A DNA stretch of 63,976 nucleotides, the filler included. It is 6 parts of 6 records of this genome, joined end to end, with 100 filler letters (N's around TTAATTAATTAA, not from the genome) between each part and the next. Parts side by side here need not be neighbours in the genome. Positions count along the whole stretch, not along the records: positions 41,227 to 49,049 come from SRR2962707_5496; positions 49,150 to 58,332 come from SRR2962707_5497; 4 more parts are not named here. One strand, 5' to 3'. Numbering within the stretch: the stretch's first letter is position 1; every line of letters starts with the position of its first letter. The notes under the pieces are model-generated. The model did not search any database. It was given only the letters and a program-made list of their open reading frames with translations, and had not been told where the DNA came from. The position numbers were made by a program, and so were the translations under genes. Positions 42,998 through 51,317 of this stretch are shown here, piece by piece.

Positions 42998-44983
42998 ATG
43001 ATCGCGACTCCGCGCGAACAACTGAAAAAATTACGAACAGAGGCTCGTCGCGTGTGTGACGCTTGGCCGCTGCGCGACGTTCAGTTCAGTATCAACACTG
43101 GTTGGGCTGAAAATTACGAAGACTTGTTCTCTGCCGCCTACACGCATGTTTTGCGAGAAGAAGAGATTCTGGATCGAGTCTTAAAGCAGGGCCGCGCAAT
43201 CCTTTCCGGACGGGCTGGAGATGGTAAGACATGGCTTTTGCGAAGGCGATACAAGGAGATTCTGGATCGGGGAGATGTCCCGATTCTGTTGGATCTTAAG
43301 CAATGGACACATGCTGATTATGAGCAGTGGCAGGACTGGACCTCAAGCGGAATTGGCGATGCCGCTGATTTCCTCGTGCGAAGATTCAGTGGCCTAGGCA
43401 TTGGAGTGACGGACATCGATCGACTCCCGCCGGACGTGTCAAAATTTCTGCTAGTTGATGGCCTAAACGAAATCACCTCCGGAGTTGGCGCGCAGGTTCT
43501 TCAACTGCTGGACGAACTCGTTCGGGAGCAAATAAATCTTTCTGTATTGGTGGCGGATAGGCTTATTCGCAGGGAGCTTCCGAGCGCCAGCAGATGGTCT
43601 ATAGGCGCGCTTTTGCCGTTGTCTGACGTTCAGATTCACAAACACCTCCACAAGAGCTTCGACAAATCGAGCGGGATACTGACGTCTCCATTTTTTCTTG
43701 ACGCGACGATTAAGTATAAGGTCGAAGGGAGCCGAAGGTCGCAAGCGTGTGAGAGCTTTTTGCTTACACACGCGAAAATCAAGGAAACAGAATTCGAAGA
43801 TTTGGCCGCCGCAGCGTTTGATGCGTACCAGAAGTCGGGCACAAGAGTTTTTGATCGCGCGCCTTTTGTGGAACTGGCTGGCGAGGCCGTTGCCAATGCA
43901 TTGGAACTGGCAGGGGTACTTGTGTCTGAAGGTGAAGGCAGAAGCTATTTTTCACATCACATAGTTCATGACTACCTTGCTGCGCGTCATTTCTCCTCAC
44001 TGCCGGTCGAAGGCTGGAATTCCAAAGCGCTCTCTGAACTCAGTTTCGATGCTAGTTCCTTTGATGCCGTTGAGCTTGTCTTCGAGCAACTGGGTGAGGG
44101 GCGCACTGACAGTTTTCTGCGTCAATTGTATGATTGGAATCTCTATGCGGCGGGCTATGCGCTTGCCCAGGCTCGTGATGCCGACGTGTGTGTTGGCTCG
44201 GAAATGCGAACGATGATCTTTGCAATGCTGGCGGAGAAACGCTTCGACAGCGTTCTCGCTACGCGCCGAAAAGCAGGAGACGCTTTGGCGTTAATGCAAC
44301 TTTCCGATGCTCAAGCCTATCGTGACGCACAATCTCTTGAACGTGTTTTTGAAATACTTGATTCCGTTGAAAGCGAAGAAGGTTGGTTCAACGAGTGGAA
44401 AGAACTCTTCCAGACTCGTTCAGATTCTCAACTTGGCACCGATACGCTCGAGACGATACGTAACCTCGATTCAATCACCGGGTGGACGGTTGCAAACGTG
44501 GCGAAACGGTCAAGAGTTGCCGAGGGGACGCCTGACCAGTTGGTGCAATGGTTAAAAGATGAACCAAACGCAACTGTTAGATGGCGGATAGCTCACGTGC
44601 TTGGCGCGTTTCCGATACAGGTGTCTTTAGAAGCTCTACTTCAACTTTTGGATTCTGATCTTGATTCTTCGGTTCGCTATGGAGCCATTCGTTCCATTGT
44701 TGAGTTGGCGGCGCGAGGAAACAAGACTTTTCGCGAGGTAGTTTCGTTCGCAGTCGACTGCCGAGCTGATGCGATTAGCGGTCAACCCAAAATTTCAAAT
44801 GAGCTGCGGACATCTTTGTTGCAGGATGCTGACTTGGTCGGAGAAGGGTGGCTTTCATTCGTATCGGCAGTTGTCAAAGCACTCTTTGTAGTAAATGAAG
44901 ATACACTCGAACGCGATTTATGGCGGGGATGCCTTGGCATGGCCGAGACTCTCTACTCGCGGCAAAACGGGGTAATTGGGTGA
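42998..44983 (+). CDS. NACHT-like STAND NTPase with C-terminal HEAT-like repeats (661 aa)
   Basis: Walker A GRAGDGKT, PILLDLK, Walker B LLVDGLNE, ILTSPFFL, winged-helix YFSHHIVHDYLAA, HEAT-like LKDEPNATVRWRIAHVLG and LDSDLDSSVRYGAIRSI. ATG 1 nt after the upstream stop with an AGGA RBS. Confidence 0.82.
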   Translation: MIATPREQLKKLRTEARRVCDAWPLRDVQFSINTGWAENYEDLFSAAYTHVLREEEILDRVLKQGRAILSGRAGDGKTWLLRRRYKEILDRGDVPILLDLKQWTHADYEQWQDWTSSGIGDAADFLVRRFSGLGIGVTDIDRLPPDVSKFLLVDGLNEITSGVGAQVLQLLDELVREQINLSVLVADRLIRRELPSASRWSIGALLPLSDVQIHKHLHKSFDKSSGILTSPFFLDATIKYKVEGSRRSQACESFLLTHAKIKETEFEDLAAAAFDAYQKSGTRVFDRAPFVELAGEAVANALELAGVLVSEGEGRSYFSHHIVHDYLAARHFSSLPVEGWNSKALSELSFDASSFDAVELVFEQLGEGRTDSFLRQLYDWNLYAAGYALAQARDADVCVGSEMRTMIFAMLAEKRFDSVLATRRKAGDALALMQLSDAQAYRDAQSLERVFEILDSVESEEGWFNEWKELFQTRSDSQLGTDTLETIRNLDSITGWTVANVAKRSRVAEGTPDQLVQWLKDEPNATVRWRIAHVLGAFPIQVSLEALLQLLDSDLDSSVRYGAIRSIVELAARGNKTFREVVSFAVDCRADAISGQPKISNELRTSLLQDADLVGEGWLSFVSAVVKALFVVNEDTLERDLWRGCLGMAETLYSRQNGVIG

Positions 44984-45462
44984 AGCCAGATGAGGAATTG
45001 GTAAGAGCTGACTGGGATGCCAGATTTATGAAGCTGGCGCTTCATGTGGGACAATGGAGCAAAGACAGAAGTCGGCAGGTCGGATGCGTCATAGTCCGTG
45101 CAGACAATACCATCTGTGCTATTGGTTATAATGGGTTTCCCCGAGGACTGAACGATGGGCGCGAACCTCGACATTCGCGTCCCGAGAAATATTTGTGGAC
45201 GGAGCATGCGGAACGAAACGCGATTTATGCCGCCGCGCGCAATGGTGTAGGGCTTGCCAGCAGCCGCATGTACTTGCCTTGGTTTCCATGCGTGGATTGC
45301 GCTCGAGCAATTGTCCAAGCAGGCATCGCCGAATTAGTTGCGACGAAGCCGAATCTAAGTGATCCCCAATGGGGAAAAGGCTTCGGAGTGTCCCTTGAAC
45401 TTCTAGAGGAGGCCGGTGTCAATGTGCGCTACGTTGAGTTAGACGAGGAAGCGTTATTTTGA
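44980..45462 (+). CDS. dCMP/cytidine deaminase family protein (160 aa)
   Basis: WDARFM..SKD..VGCVI..GYNGFPRG, Zn motifs HAE and PCVDC; GTGA overlap with the NTPase stop. Confidence 0.9.
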   Translation: MKPDEELVRADWDARFMKLALHVGQWSKDRSRQVGCVIVRADNTICAIGYNGFPRGLNDGREPRHSRPEKYLWTEHAERNAIYAAARNGVGLASSRMYLPWFPCVDCARAIVQAGIAELVATKPNLSDPQWGKGFGVSLELLEEAGVNVRYVELDEEALF

Positions 45463-45481
45463 GGCCCCCTCTTCCCCAATG

Positions 45482-45655
45482 GCCCTCCCTAATGCGCTTC
45501 ATTGCGCAGCCGGGATGAGCGAACTTGAAAATCCGGATAAGGTCTCCCGGCGCCCTGATACGCGCGCATCTGATGGAAGCGGCCGAGCGCCTTTTCGGCG
45601 AGCGCGGGCTTCAGCCGTCACGCTGAAGAAGCTCGCCACTGCCGCCAATCAGCAC
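45482..45655 (+). pseudogene. Degenerate copy of the promoter and 5' end of the tetR gene at 46604
   Basis: Aligns by eye to 46571-46780 (gccctccctaatgcgcttcattgcgcagccgggATGagcgaacttgaaa vs gccctccataatgcccttcattacgctgccggtATGagcgagcttgaaa; ctgatggaagcggccgagcgccttttcggcgagcgcgggcttca) with indels and frameshifts. Confidence 0.85.
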
Positions 45656-45824
45656 CACCGGCTTGTGCTGCATGATCGCTCCGCTGCGATAACCCTCTGA
45701 CCAGCGCTGGCCCACGCTGTCGCGTGTCATTTTCTCCGCTGGCGGACATTTCCCCGATAGACGACACTCTTGCCAGCACCCTCGGCAAACCGAGTCGGCG
45801 CGGGGGAAACATCACGGGGGCAAC

Positions 45825-46040
45825 ATGCTTGAAATGATCGCGCGCGCCTTCCGGCCGCTGCTGACGATCCTGGTGACGGCCGCGGGCCTCGCCTTCATCG
45901 CCTCCGTCTTCTCGCCCGCCGCCCGCGAGGCGATCGAGGGCGCCGTGCCGCTCTGGGAGGAAACCCGCCCCGCCGAGGATGCCGTCCGCGAATGGCTCGG
46001 CCTCCCCGAAAGGGATCGCGGCTTGTGGCCCTTCGAGTGA
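45825..46040 (+). CDS. Small (71 aa) single-TM hypothetical protein
   Basis: G-rich RBS, host-like codon usage, one hydrophobic helix. Confidence 0.6.
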   Translation: MLEMIARAFRPLLTILVTAAGLAFIASVFSPAAREAIEGAVPLWEETRPAEDAVREWLGLPERDRGLWPFE

Positions 46041-46106
46041 GCTGTCTGCTGAAAGCGCCATGACATTTTGCTAACCTGCCATCGATGCAGGCGAGGGCAG
46101 GGGGCC

Positions 46107-46559
46107 ATGACAAGGGCTGACGATGAACAGAACGGCGAAGGCGGAGCCCGCCGCGTCGATATTGAACTCTTCATCAGGCATCCCTCGCTGACGCCGCAGG
46201 AGATCACGGCGGCGCTCGGCCTCGAAGCCCGTTTCGCGCATGGCGCCGGCGGCCGGCGCAAGGCCCCGGACGGCACCATCCTCGAAGGCGTTTACCCTGA
46301 CACGCGCTGGCGGCACAGCATTCGCCATGAGCTTCGCGATCAGTGGTTCGCGGACAAGGTGGCCGCGCTTGTGGATCGTCTGGTTCCGCACAGGGACTTC
46401 CTGCACAGCCTCCGCGACACGGGAGGCGCCGCAAGCATCATGGTCCAGTTCCTGGGAGACGGGTATCTCGGCGACGAACTGGCCGCCGATACCCTCGCGA
46501 AGATGGCCGATCTTCGGCTCGATCTGGGACTGGAGGTCTACGACGTGCCGCAGTCGTGA
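46107..46559 (+). CDS. DUF4279-like protein
   Basis: LFIRHPSLTPQEITAALGL..W..LAKMADLRLDLGLEVY pattern. Confidence 0.6.
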   Translation: MTRADDEQNGEGGARRVDIELFIRHPSLTPQEITAALGLEARFAHGAGGRRKAPDGTILEGVYPDTRWRHSIRHELRDQWFADKVAALVDRLVPHRDFLHSLRDTGGAASIMVQFLGDGYLGDELAADTLAKMADLRLDLGLEVYDVPQS

Positions 46560-46568
46560 CACTCCCCC

Positions 46569-46597
46569 TTGCCCTCCATAATGCCCTTCATTACGCT
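46569..46597 (+). promoter_or_regulatory. Sigma70-type promoter, probably giving a leaderless tetR mRNA
   Basis: TTGCCC-N17-TACGCT, ATG 7 nt downstream, no RBS. Confidence 0.55.
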
Positions 46598-46603
46598 GCC
46601 GGT

Positions 46604-47323
46604 ATGAGCGAGCTTGAAAGTCCCGGCAGGGCCCCGGAAATCCGGGAAAAATCCGCTGAAAAACCCGGCAAGCGCGGCGATACGCGCGCGCGCCTGATGG
46701 AGGCGGCCGAGCGGCTGTTCGGCGAGCGCGGGCTTCATGCCGTCACGCTGAAGGAGATCAACGCCGCCGCCGGGCAGCGCAATGAATCCGCGCTCCATTA
46801 TCATTTCGGCTCCAAGCAGCGCCTCGTCGACGCGATCCTGAACCACCGCGTCGCCGCCATCGACCGCGTCCGCGTGAAGCGCGTCGAGGCGCTGGTGGGC
46901 TCCGGCCGCGAAGGCGATCTCGGCGAAATCCTGCGCGCGACCTTCGAGCCGCTCACGGGCCTGCTCGACACGGAGGAGGGCGTCCGCTTCGTCCGCTTCG
47001 CCGCCCAGGTGCTGAACGACCCGGACCACGACCTGCCGACCATCGCGATCAAGAGCGGCTATGAGGGCATCAACCGCGCCAATGGCCTCATCATGGCCGC
47101 GCTCGGCGACCTCGCGCCCGAAATCGCGATCCAGCGCCAGCGCCTCCTCGTCGAAATGGTGCTGACCTCGCTCGCGATCTGGACGCGCCGCCCCGACGCG
47201 ATGACGAACGATGCCGCGCGCGCCTTCTTCGTCTCGTCCCTCTTCGACGCGATGGCCGGTGCCCTCCGCGCCCCCGTCTCGCCGGAAACCCTCGCCGCCT
47301 TGCGCGAAACGATGAAGGGCTGA
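46604..47323 (+). CDS. TetR family regulator
   Basis: TRARLMEAAERLFGERG..TLKEINAAAG..SALHYHFGSK. Confidence 0.92.
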   Translation: MSELESPGRAPEIREKSAEKPGKRGDTRARLMEAAERLFGERGLHAVTLKEINAAAGQRNESALHYHFGSKQRLVDAILNHRVAAIDRVRVKRVEALVGSGREGDLGEILRATFEPLTGLLDTEEGVRFVRFAAQVLNDPDHDLPTIAIKSGYEGINRANGLIMAALGDLAPEIAIQRQRLLVEMVLTSLAIWTRRPDAMTNDAARAFFVSSLFDAMAGALRAPVSPETLAALRETMKG

Positions 47324-47331
47324 CGCGGCCT

Positions 47332-47760
47332 TTACTTCTTGCCCGTCAGCACCGGCGCCCACGCCTCGTAAACCGGCATGTCGCCCTTGAGGTCGTACCA
47401 GTCCGCCTTCTCGCCCCAGAACGCATGCGCGAGCGGCTTCGCGCCCACCTCAGTATCGAGCGTCCCGAGCCGGATGCGCAGGATGCCCGGCAGTTCCTTC
47501 TGCTCCTTGTAAACCGGCGAGCCGCAATTCCCGCAGAAGCAGCGGAAGGCGCCAGGGCTCGACTCGTAACGCCGGATCGCATCTTCCCCGCCGAGAAACC
47601 GCACGTGCTCGCGCTTCACCGATGCGTTCGCCGTAAACGCCGTCCCGCTTGCCTTCCGGCAGGTCCGGCAATGGCAAAACCCGAAGACCCCGAGCTCCCC
47701 CTCGATCTCGAAGCGAACCGCCCCGCAATTGCAGGACCCGCGATGCGTCACCTCGCTCAT
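47332..47760 (-). CDS. GFA/CENP-V family protein
   Basis: GSCNCG, CHCRTCRKASG, FCGNCGSP. Confidence 0.9.
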   Translation of the reverse strand: MSEVTHRGSCNCGAVRFEIEGELGVFGFCHCRTCRKASGTAFTANASVKREHVRFLGGEDAIRRYESSPGAFRCFCGNCGSPVYKEQKELPGILRIRLGTLDTEVGAKPLAHAFWGEKADWYDLKGDMPVYEAWAPVLTGKK

Positions 47761-47804
47761 TTTCCACCTCGCTTCGAAAACCCGGTCTTTGCCAAAACCA
47801 GAAG

Positions 47805-47893
47805 TGTCATCCCGGGATTTATTCCCGGGACCCAATCCACGTCACCGCGATCTGGACCGCCAATGGGTCCCGGCAACAAGTGCCGGGATGGCA
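47805..47893. repeat. Palindromic REP-like element (GTCATCCCGG family)
   Basis: TGTCATCCCGG..GGGACCCA....TGGGTCCC..CCGGGATGGCA nested inverted repeats. Confidence 0.8.
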
Positions 47894-47959
47894 TCATTGG
47901 GTTTGTCGGATGCAACGTGACAGTCGCGCACTCTCTGCGTCTCTGCGTGGAATCCCTTC

Positions 47960-48847
47960 TCACCCCGCCAGAAACTCATCCGTCAGCTGAAGAAACTCTT
48001 CCAGCTTGTCATGCTGCACCCAGTGTCCCGCGCCTTCGACGGCCACCACCTTCGCATTCTGGAAATGCGTCGCGCGTCCGTCCTCGGTCGGATCGCTCGC
48101 CCAGCTTTCCGTGCCGCGAATGAGCAGCGTCGGGCAGGATATCTGCGACCAAAGTTCCGCCGTCGTCGCCTCGTCGAAGCCCGTCGGCGAAAACGCGCGC
48201 ACGTAATTGTCGAACTTCCAGCTATAGCTGCCGTCCTCGTTCTGGTTCACGCCGTGAATGGTCAGGTGCCGCGCGCGCTCCGGCGAGAGATGCGGGTTCT
48301 CGCCCTGCATCCGCTTGTAGGCCTCCTCGATCGAGTCATAGCGGCGCGGCTGCCGCGAGGAGAGGCGGCGGATTTCGCCGATCCAGTTGCGGATGCGCTG
48401 GTCATTCGTCACCTGGCGGCGGTCGGCCAGCATCTTGGGCGAAGGCCCGAGCCCCTCAATCACCACGAGCTTCTTCACCGTCTCGGGGTAAAGCCCGGTA
48501 TAGCGCAGCGCGATCGCGCCCCCCATCGAATGCGCGATGATGGTCAGCGGCGCCAGCCCCTTCTGATGGATGAGCTGCGCGATGTCATAGACATAATCGT
48601 TGATCTCGTAGGAGCTCCCGACCATCCACTGGCTGTCGCCATGGCCGCGCAAATCCGGCGCGATGATGTGGTAGCGATCGCGCATCGCCTGCGCCGTCCA
48701 GTCCCAGTTCCGGCAATGGTCGCGCCCGCCATGGATCATCAAGAGCGGCGGCGCGCCCTCGTTCCCCCAGTCTACGTAGTGGAGCCGCAGGCGTTGCGAG
48801 AAATAGAATTGCGAGGCGGGGCCGACGAGAGGGGTACGTTCCGTCAT
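47960..48847 (-). CDS. Alpha/beta hydrolase
   Basis: HGGRDH, DLRGHGDS, HSMGG, GHWVQHD. Confidence 0.92.
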   Translation of the reverse strand: MTERTPLVGPASQFYFSQRLRLHYVDWGNEGAPPLLMIHGGRDHCRNWDWTAQAMRDRYHIIAPDLRGHGDSQWMVGSSYEINDYVYDIAQLIHQKGLAPLTIIAHSMGGAIALRYTGLYPETVKKLVVIEGLGPSPKMLADRRQVTNDQRIRNWIGEIRRLSSRQPRRYDSIEEAYKRMQGENPHLSPERARHLTIHGVNQNEDGSYSWKFDNYVRAFSPTGFDEATTAELWSQISCPTLLIRGTESWASDPTEDGRATHFQNAKVVAVEGAGHWVQHDKLEEFLQLTDEFLAG

Positions 48848-48952
48848 TATTATTGTCCGTGACGTTTCATGGGGGCAGGGGGTGGCGCAGCGCAGATTAG
48901 CGCACGCCGCCCGCCCCGCCAAACCGGTCAAAATTCCATGCGCTTGCTTCCC

Positions 48953-49001
48953 ACCCTCCCCTCGGGGAGGGTCAAACGGGCGCAGCCCGTTTGGGGCGGG
49001 G
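48953..49001. repeat. Double-hairpin REP-like element
   Basis: ACCCTCCCC-TC-GGGGAGGGT followed by CAAACGGGC-GCA-GCCCGTTTG. Confidence 0.65.
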
Positions 49002-49049
49002 ATCGGCCTCAACCTCATTCCCAATAATCGTCATGGCCCGCTTCATGCG

Positions 49050-49149
49050 NNNNNNNNNNNNNNNNNNNNNNNNNNNNNNNNNNNNNNNNNNNNTTAATTA
49101 ATTAANNNNNNNNNNNNNNNNNNNNNNNNNNNNNNNNNNNNNNNNNNNN
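49050..49149. other. Artificial contig linker
   Basis: N-TTAATTAATTAA-N. Confidence 0.99.
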
Positions 49150-49247
49150 CGGCTTGTCCGGGTCATCCACGTCTTCCTTATCTTTGTCGCAACTCAAAGA
49201 CGTGGATGGCCCGCCCTCCTTTATAGTCAAGGCGGGCGGGCCATGAC
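49150..49247. repeat. Palindromic REP-like element (GTCATGGCCCG family) at the contig start
   Basis: CATCCACGTCTT....AAGACGTGGATG..CGGGCCATGAC. The same GTCATGGCCCG motif ends the previous contig (49030-49049). Confidence 0.75.
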
Positions 49248-49267
49248 GGCTTATGAGGGAACGGCAA

Positions 49268-50428
49268 TCACGCTCCGGCGCGTTCGCTCGCGGCCGCTTC
49301 GAGCATCGAAAAGGCGTTCAGGATCACGAGCTTGCGATCCGTGTTGAGTGCTTCGCCGCGGGCCGTGGATTGAACGATCTTTTCCCACACCTCAACCCAG
49401 CGATCAAGGCTGCCCCCGGCGGCGAGCCGGGCCATCGCGGCGCCCTCGCCCGCCACTATGTCGGGGCCCGTATCGAGGCCCGCACCCGCGCGGATCAGCT
49501 TCTGGAGCCAGAGTGTCACGAGGTCGATCATGGTCTCGTACTGGTCGTCGCCCCCCTTGCGCCCCGCCTTGTCGGCCAGCGCATGGACGGCGCCCACATC
49601 GAGCTTCGGCAGGCTCGAAAGCACGCCCGCCACGTCCTTGTAGAGCGCGAGCCCGCCGCCACCGGCCAGCGTCAGCGCCCTGCCCGCACTGCCTTCCGCA
49701 AGCTGCGCGATTTGCCGCCGCTCTGCCTCTGTCGGTGCCGCCGGTTTCTTCTTCTTGCCCGTCGGCTCTTCCACCGCGTCCTCCGCCTCCACCATCAGCG
49801 CGGCAATCTCGTCCTCGCCAAGCGGCGTCATCCGCAGCGTGCGGCAGCGCGAGCGGATCGTCGGGAGGAGGCGTCCCGGCTGGTGAGAAAGCACCAGAAA
49901 CAGCCCGTTCGGCGGCGGTTCTTCAAGTGCTTTCAGAAGTGCGTTCGCGGCATTCGCGTTCATCTCGTCGGCGCTGTCGATCACGACCACGCGCCACGCG
50001 CCACGCTCCGCCGCCGTCAGTCCGAAGAAGTGGCCGATGCGGCGCACCTCATCCACTGTGACGACGGTCTTGAGCTTCTTCGTCTTGTCGTCCCATGGGC
50101 GGCGCACGGTGATGAGGTTCGGATGGCTGCCCGCCGCGACCTGATGGAACACGGAAGAGTCCTCCGGCACGGAAAGGTCCGTCGCGCCAGCTTCCCGCGC
50201 CTTCTCCGGCGTGCCGTAATGGAGGGCGAAGCGCGCCATGCGATAGGCCAGCGTCGCCTTGCCGATGCCCTTCGGCCCCGTCAGCAGCCAGGCATGCTGC
50301 ATCCGCCCGCTCATGAAGGCGTCGAACAGCGCCTTCTCGGCATCCGCCTGTCCGGTCAAGCGCGTGGCCTCCCGTGGATGTGGAAACTCGCCCAGCCGGT
50401 CGCTTTCGGGAATCTCGGTGTCGCTCAT
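49268..50428 (-). CDS. holB: DNA polymerase III delta' subunit
   Basis: HAWLLTGPKGIGKA, NAANALLKALEEPP, LLPTIRSRC. Confidence 0.95.
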   Translation of the reverse strand: MSDTEIPESDRLGEFPHPREATRLTGQADAEKALFDAFMSGRMQHAWLLTGPKGIGKATLAYRMARFALHYGTPEKAREAGATDLSVPEDSSVFHQVAAGSHPNLITVRRPWDDKTKKLKTVVTVDEVRRIGHFFGLTAAERGAWRVVVIDSADEMNANAANALLKALEEPPPNGLFLVLSHQPGRLLPTIRSRCRTLRMTPLGEDEIAALMVEAEDAVEEPTGKKKKPAAPTEAERRQIAQLAEGSAGRALTLAGGGGLALYKDVAGVLSSLPKLDVGAVHALADKAGRKGGDDQYETMIDLVTLWLQKLIRAGAGLDTGPDIVAGEGAAMARLAAGGSLDRWVEVWEKIVQSTARGEALNTDRKLVILNAFSMLEAAASERAGA

Positions 50429-50488
50429 GCCCCTTGGTAGCACGGGGCGGCGCGGCGCGTCATGTCGCGCGCGGGGGCTTTCCGCCGT

Positions 50489-51166
50489 TCAGCGGGCTTC
50501 GATCAGGTCGCGCGTCTCGGCCACCTGTCCGGCAGGCCGCACGACGCGGGCCGCGAGCACGTTCACCTGCTCGTTCAGGTCGTCGGCCAGCGGGTCGATC
50601 CGCTCATTGTCCACCACGACTTCATAGTAGAGGTGGTTGCCGGTCGCGAGGCCGGTCATGCCGACATAGCCGATTACGTCGCCCTTCTTCACGCCCACGC
50701 CCGGACGGATGCCCGGTGCGAAGCCGGAAAGATGCGCGTAGTAGGTTTCGATGGTGTCGGAGTGCTTAACGGTGACGAGCTTGCCGTAATTGCCGCGCCA
50801 GGCGGCCATGCCGACGATGCCGTCTTCGGCCGCATAGACCGGCGTCCCCTTCGGCGCGGCGTAGTCGACGCCCTTGTGCATCTTCTTCGTCTTCAGGACG
50901 GGATGCATGCGCCATCCATAACCGGACGTCATGCGTGCCTTGGTCACGTCGATCGGATTCACGAAATGGAGACCCCTGCCCGGATAGGCCGCGGGCTCCA
51001 CTACCGGCTTCATCAGCGGCAGGACGAAGTTCACCGTCGCGACACCTTTTGCGGCGTCGCTGGCCTGGGCCGGAAATGCGGGGATAAGAAAAAGCGCCGA
51101 GAGAAGGAAGAAGGCAGCAACCGGGGAAAACGACTCGCCAAGGCAAATCCGGTGTCGTCGTGGCAT
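50489..51166 (-). CDS. Secreted M23 family peptidase
   Basis: Signal/TM segment, HKGVD, YAHL, ATGNHLYYEV. Confidence 0.9.
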   Translation of the reverse strand: MPRRHRICLGESFSPVAAFFLLSALFLIPAFPAQASDAAKGVATVNFVLPLMKPVVEPAAYPGRGLHFVNPIDVTKARMTSGYGWRMHPVLKTKKMHKGVDYAAPKGTPVYAAEDGIVGMAAWRGNYGKLVTVKHSDTIETYYAHLSGFAPGIRPGVGVKKGDVIGYVGMTGLATGNHLYYEVVVDNERIDPLADDLNEQVNVLAARVVRPAGQVAETRDLIEAR

Positions 51167-51288
51167 CGGCGATCCTTCTTCTTCGTGTGGCCGGCGCTGT
51201 CGCCGGGATTCTCTCGCGGGGATAAGTTGAACTGGCCCTCTATAGTCGAGGACCGGCATTCGGGCAAACGGCTTTAACCAAACTCTTT

Positions 51289-51317
51289 GTGACGGTTGGG
51301 TGACAGTTCAGTGACAG
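51289..51317 (-). promoter_or_regulatory. Triple Pho-box-like direct repeat upstream of the M23 gene
   Basis: Minus strand CTGTCAC-tgaa-CTGTCAC-ccaa-CCGTCAC, 11-bp period. Confidence 0.65.

Noticed and set aside
41914-44980. 10-mer GGTAATTGGG near the ends of both copA and the NTPase gene as a possible att/target duplication
   Set aside because: Short, and it does not bracket the whole island (the deaminase lies outside); likely chance.
49030-49170. Joining contigs 4 and 5 through the shared repeat
   Set aside because: Same repeat family but no exact overlap; multi-copy repeats give no adjacency evidence.
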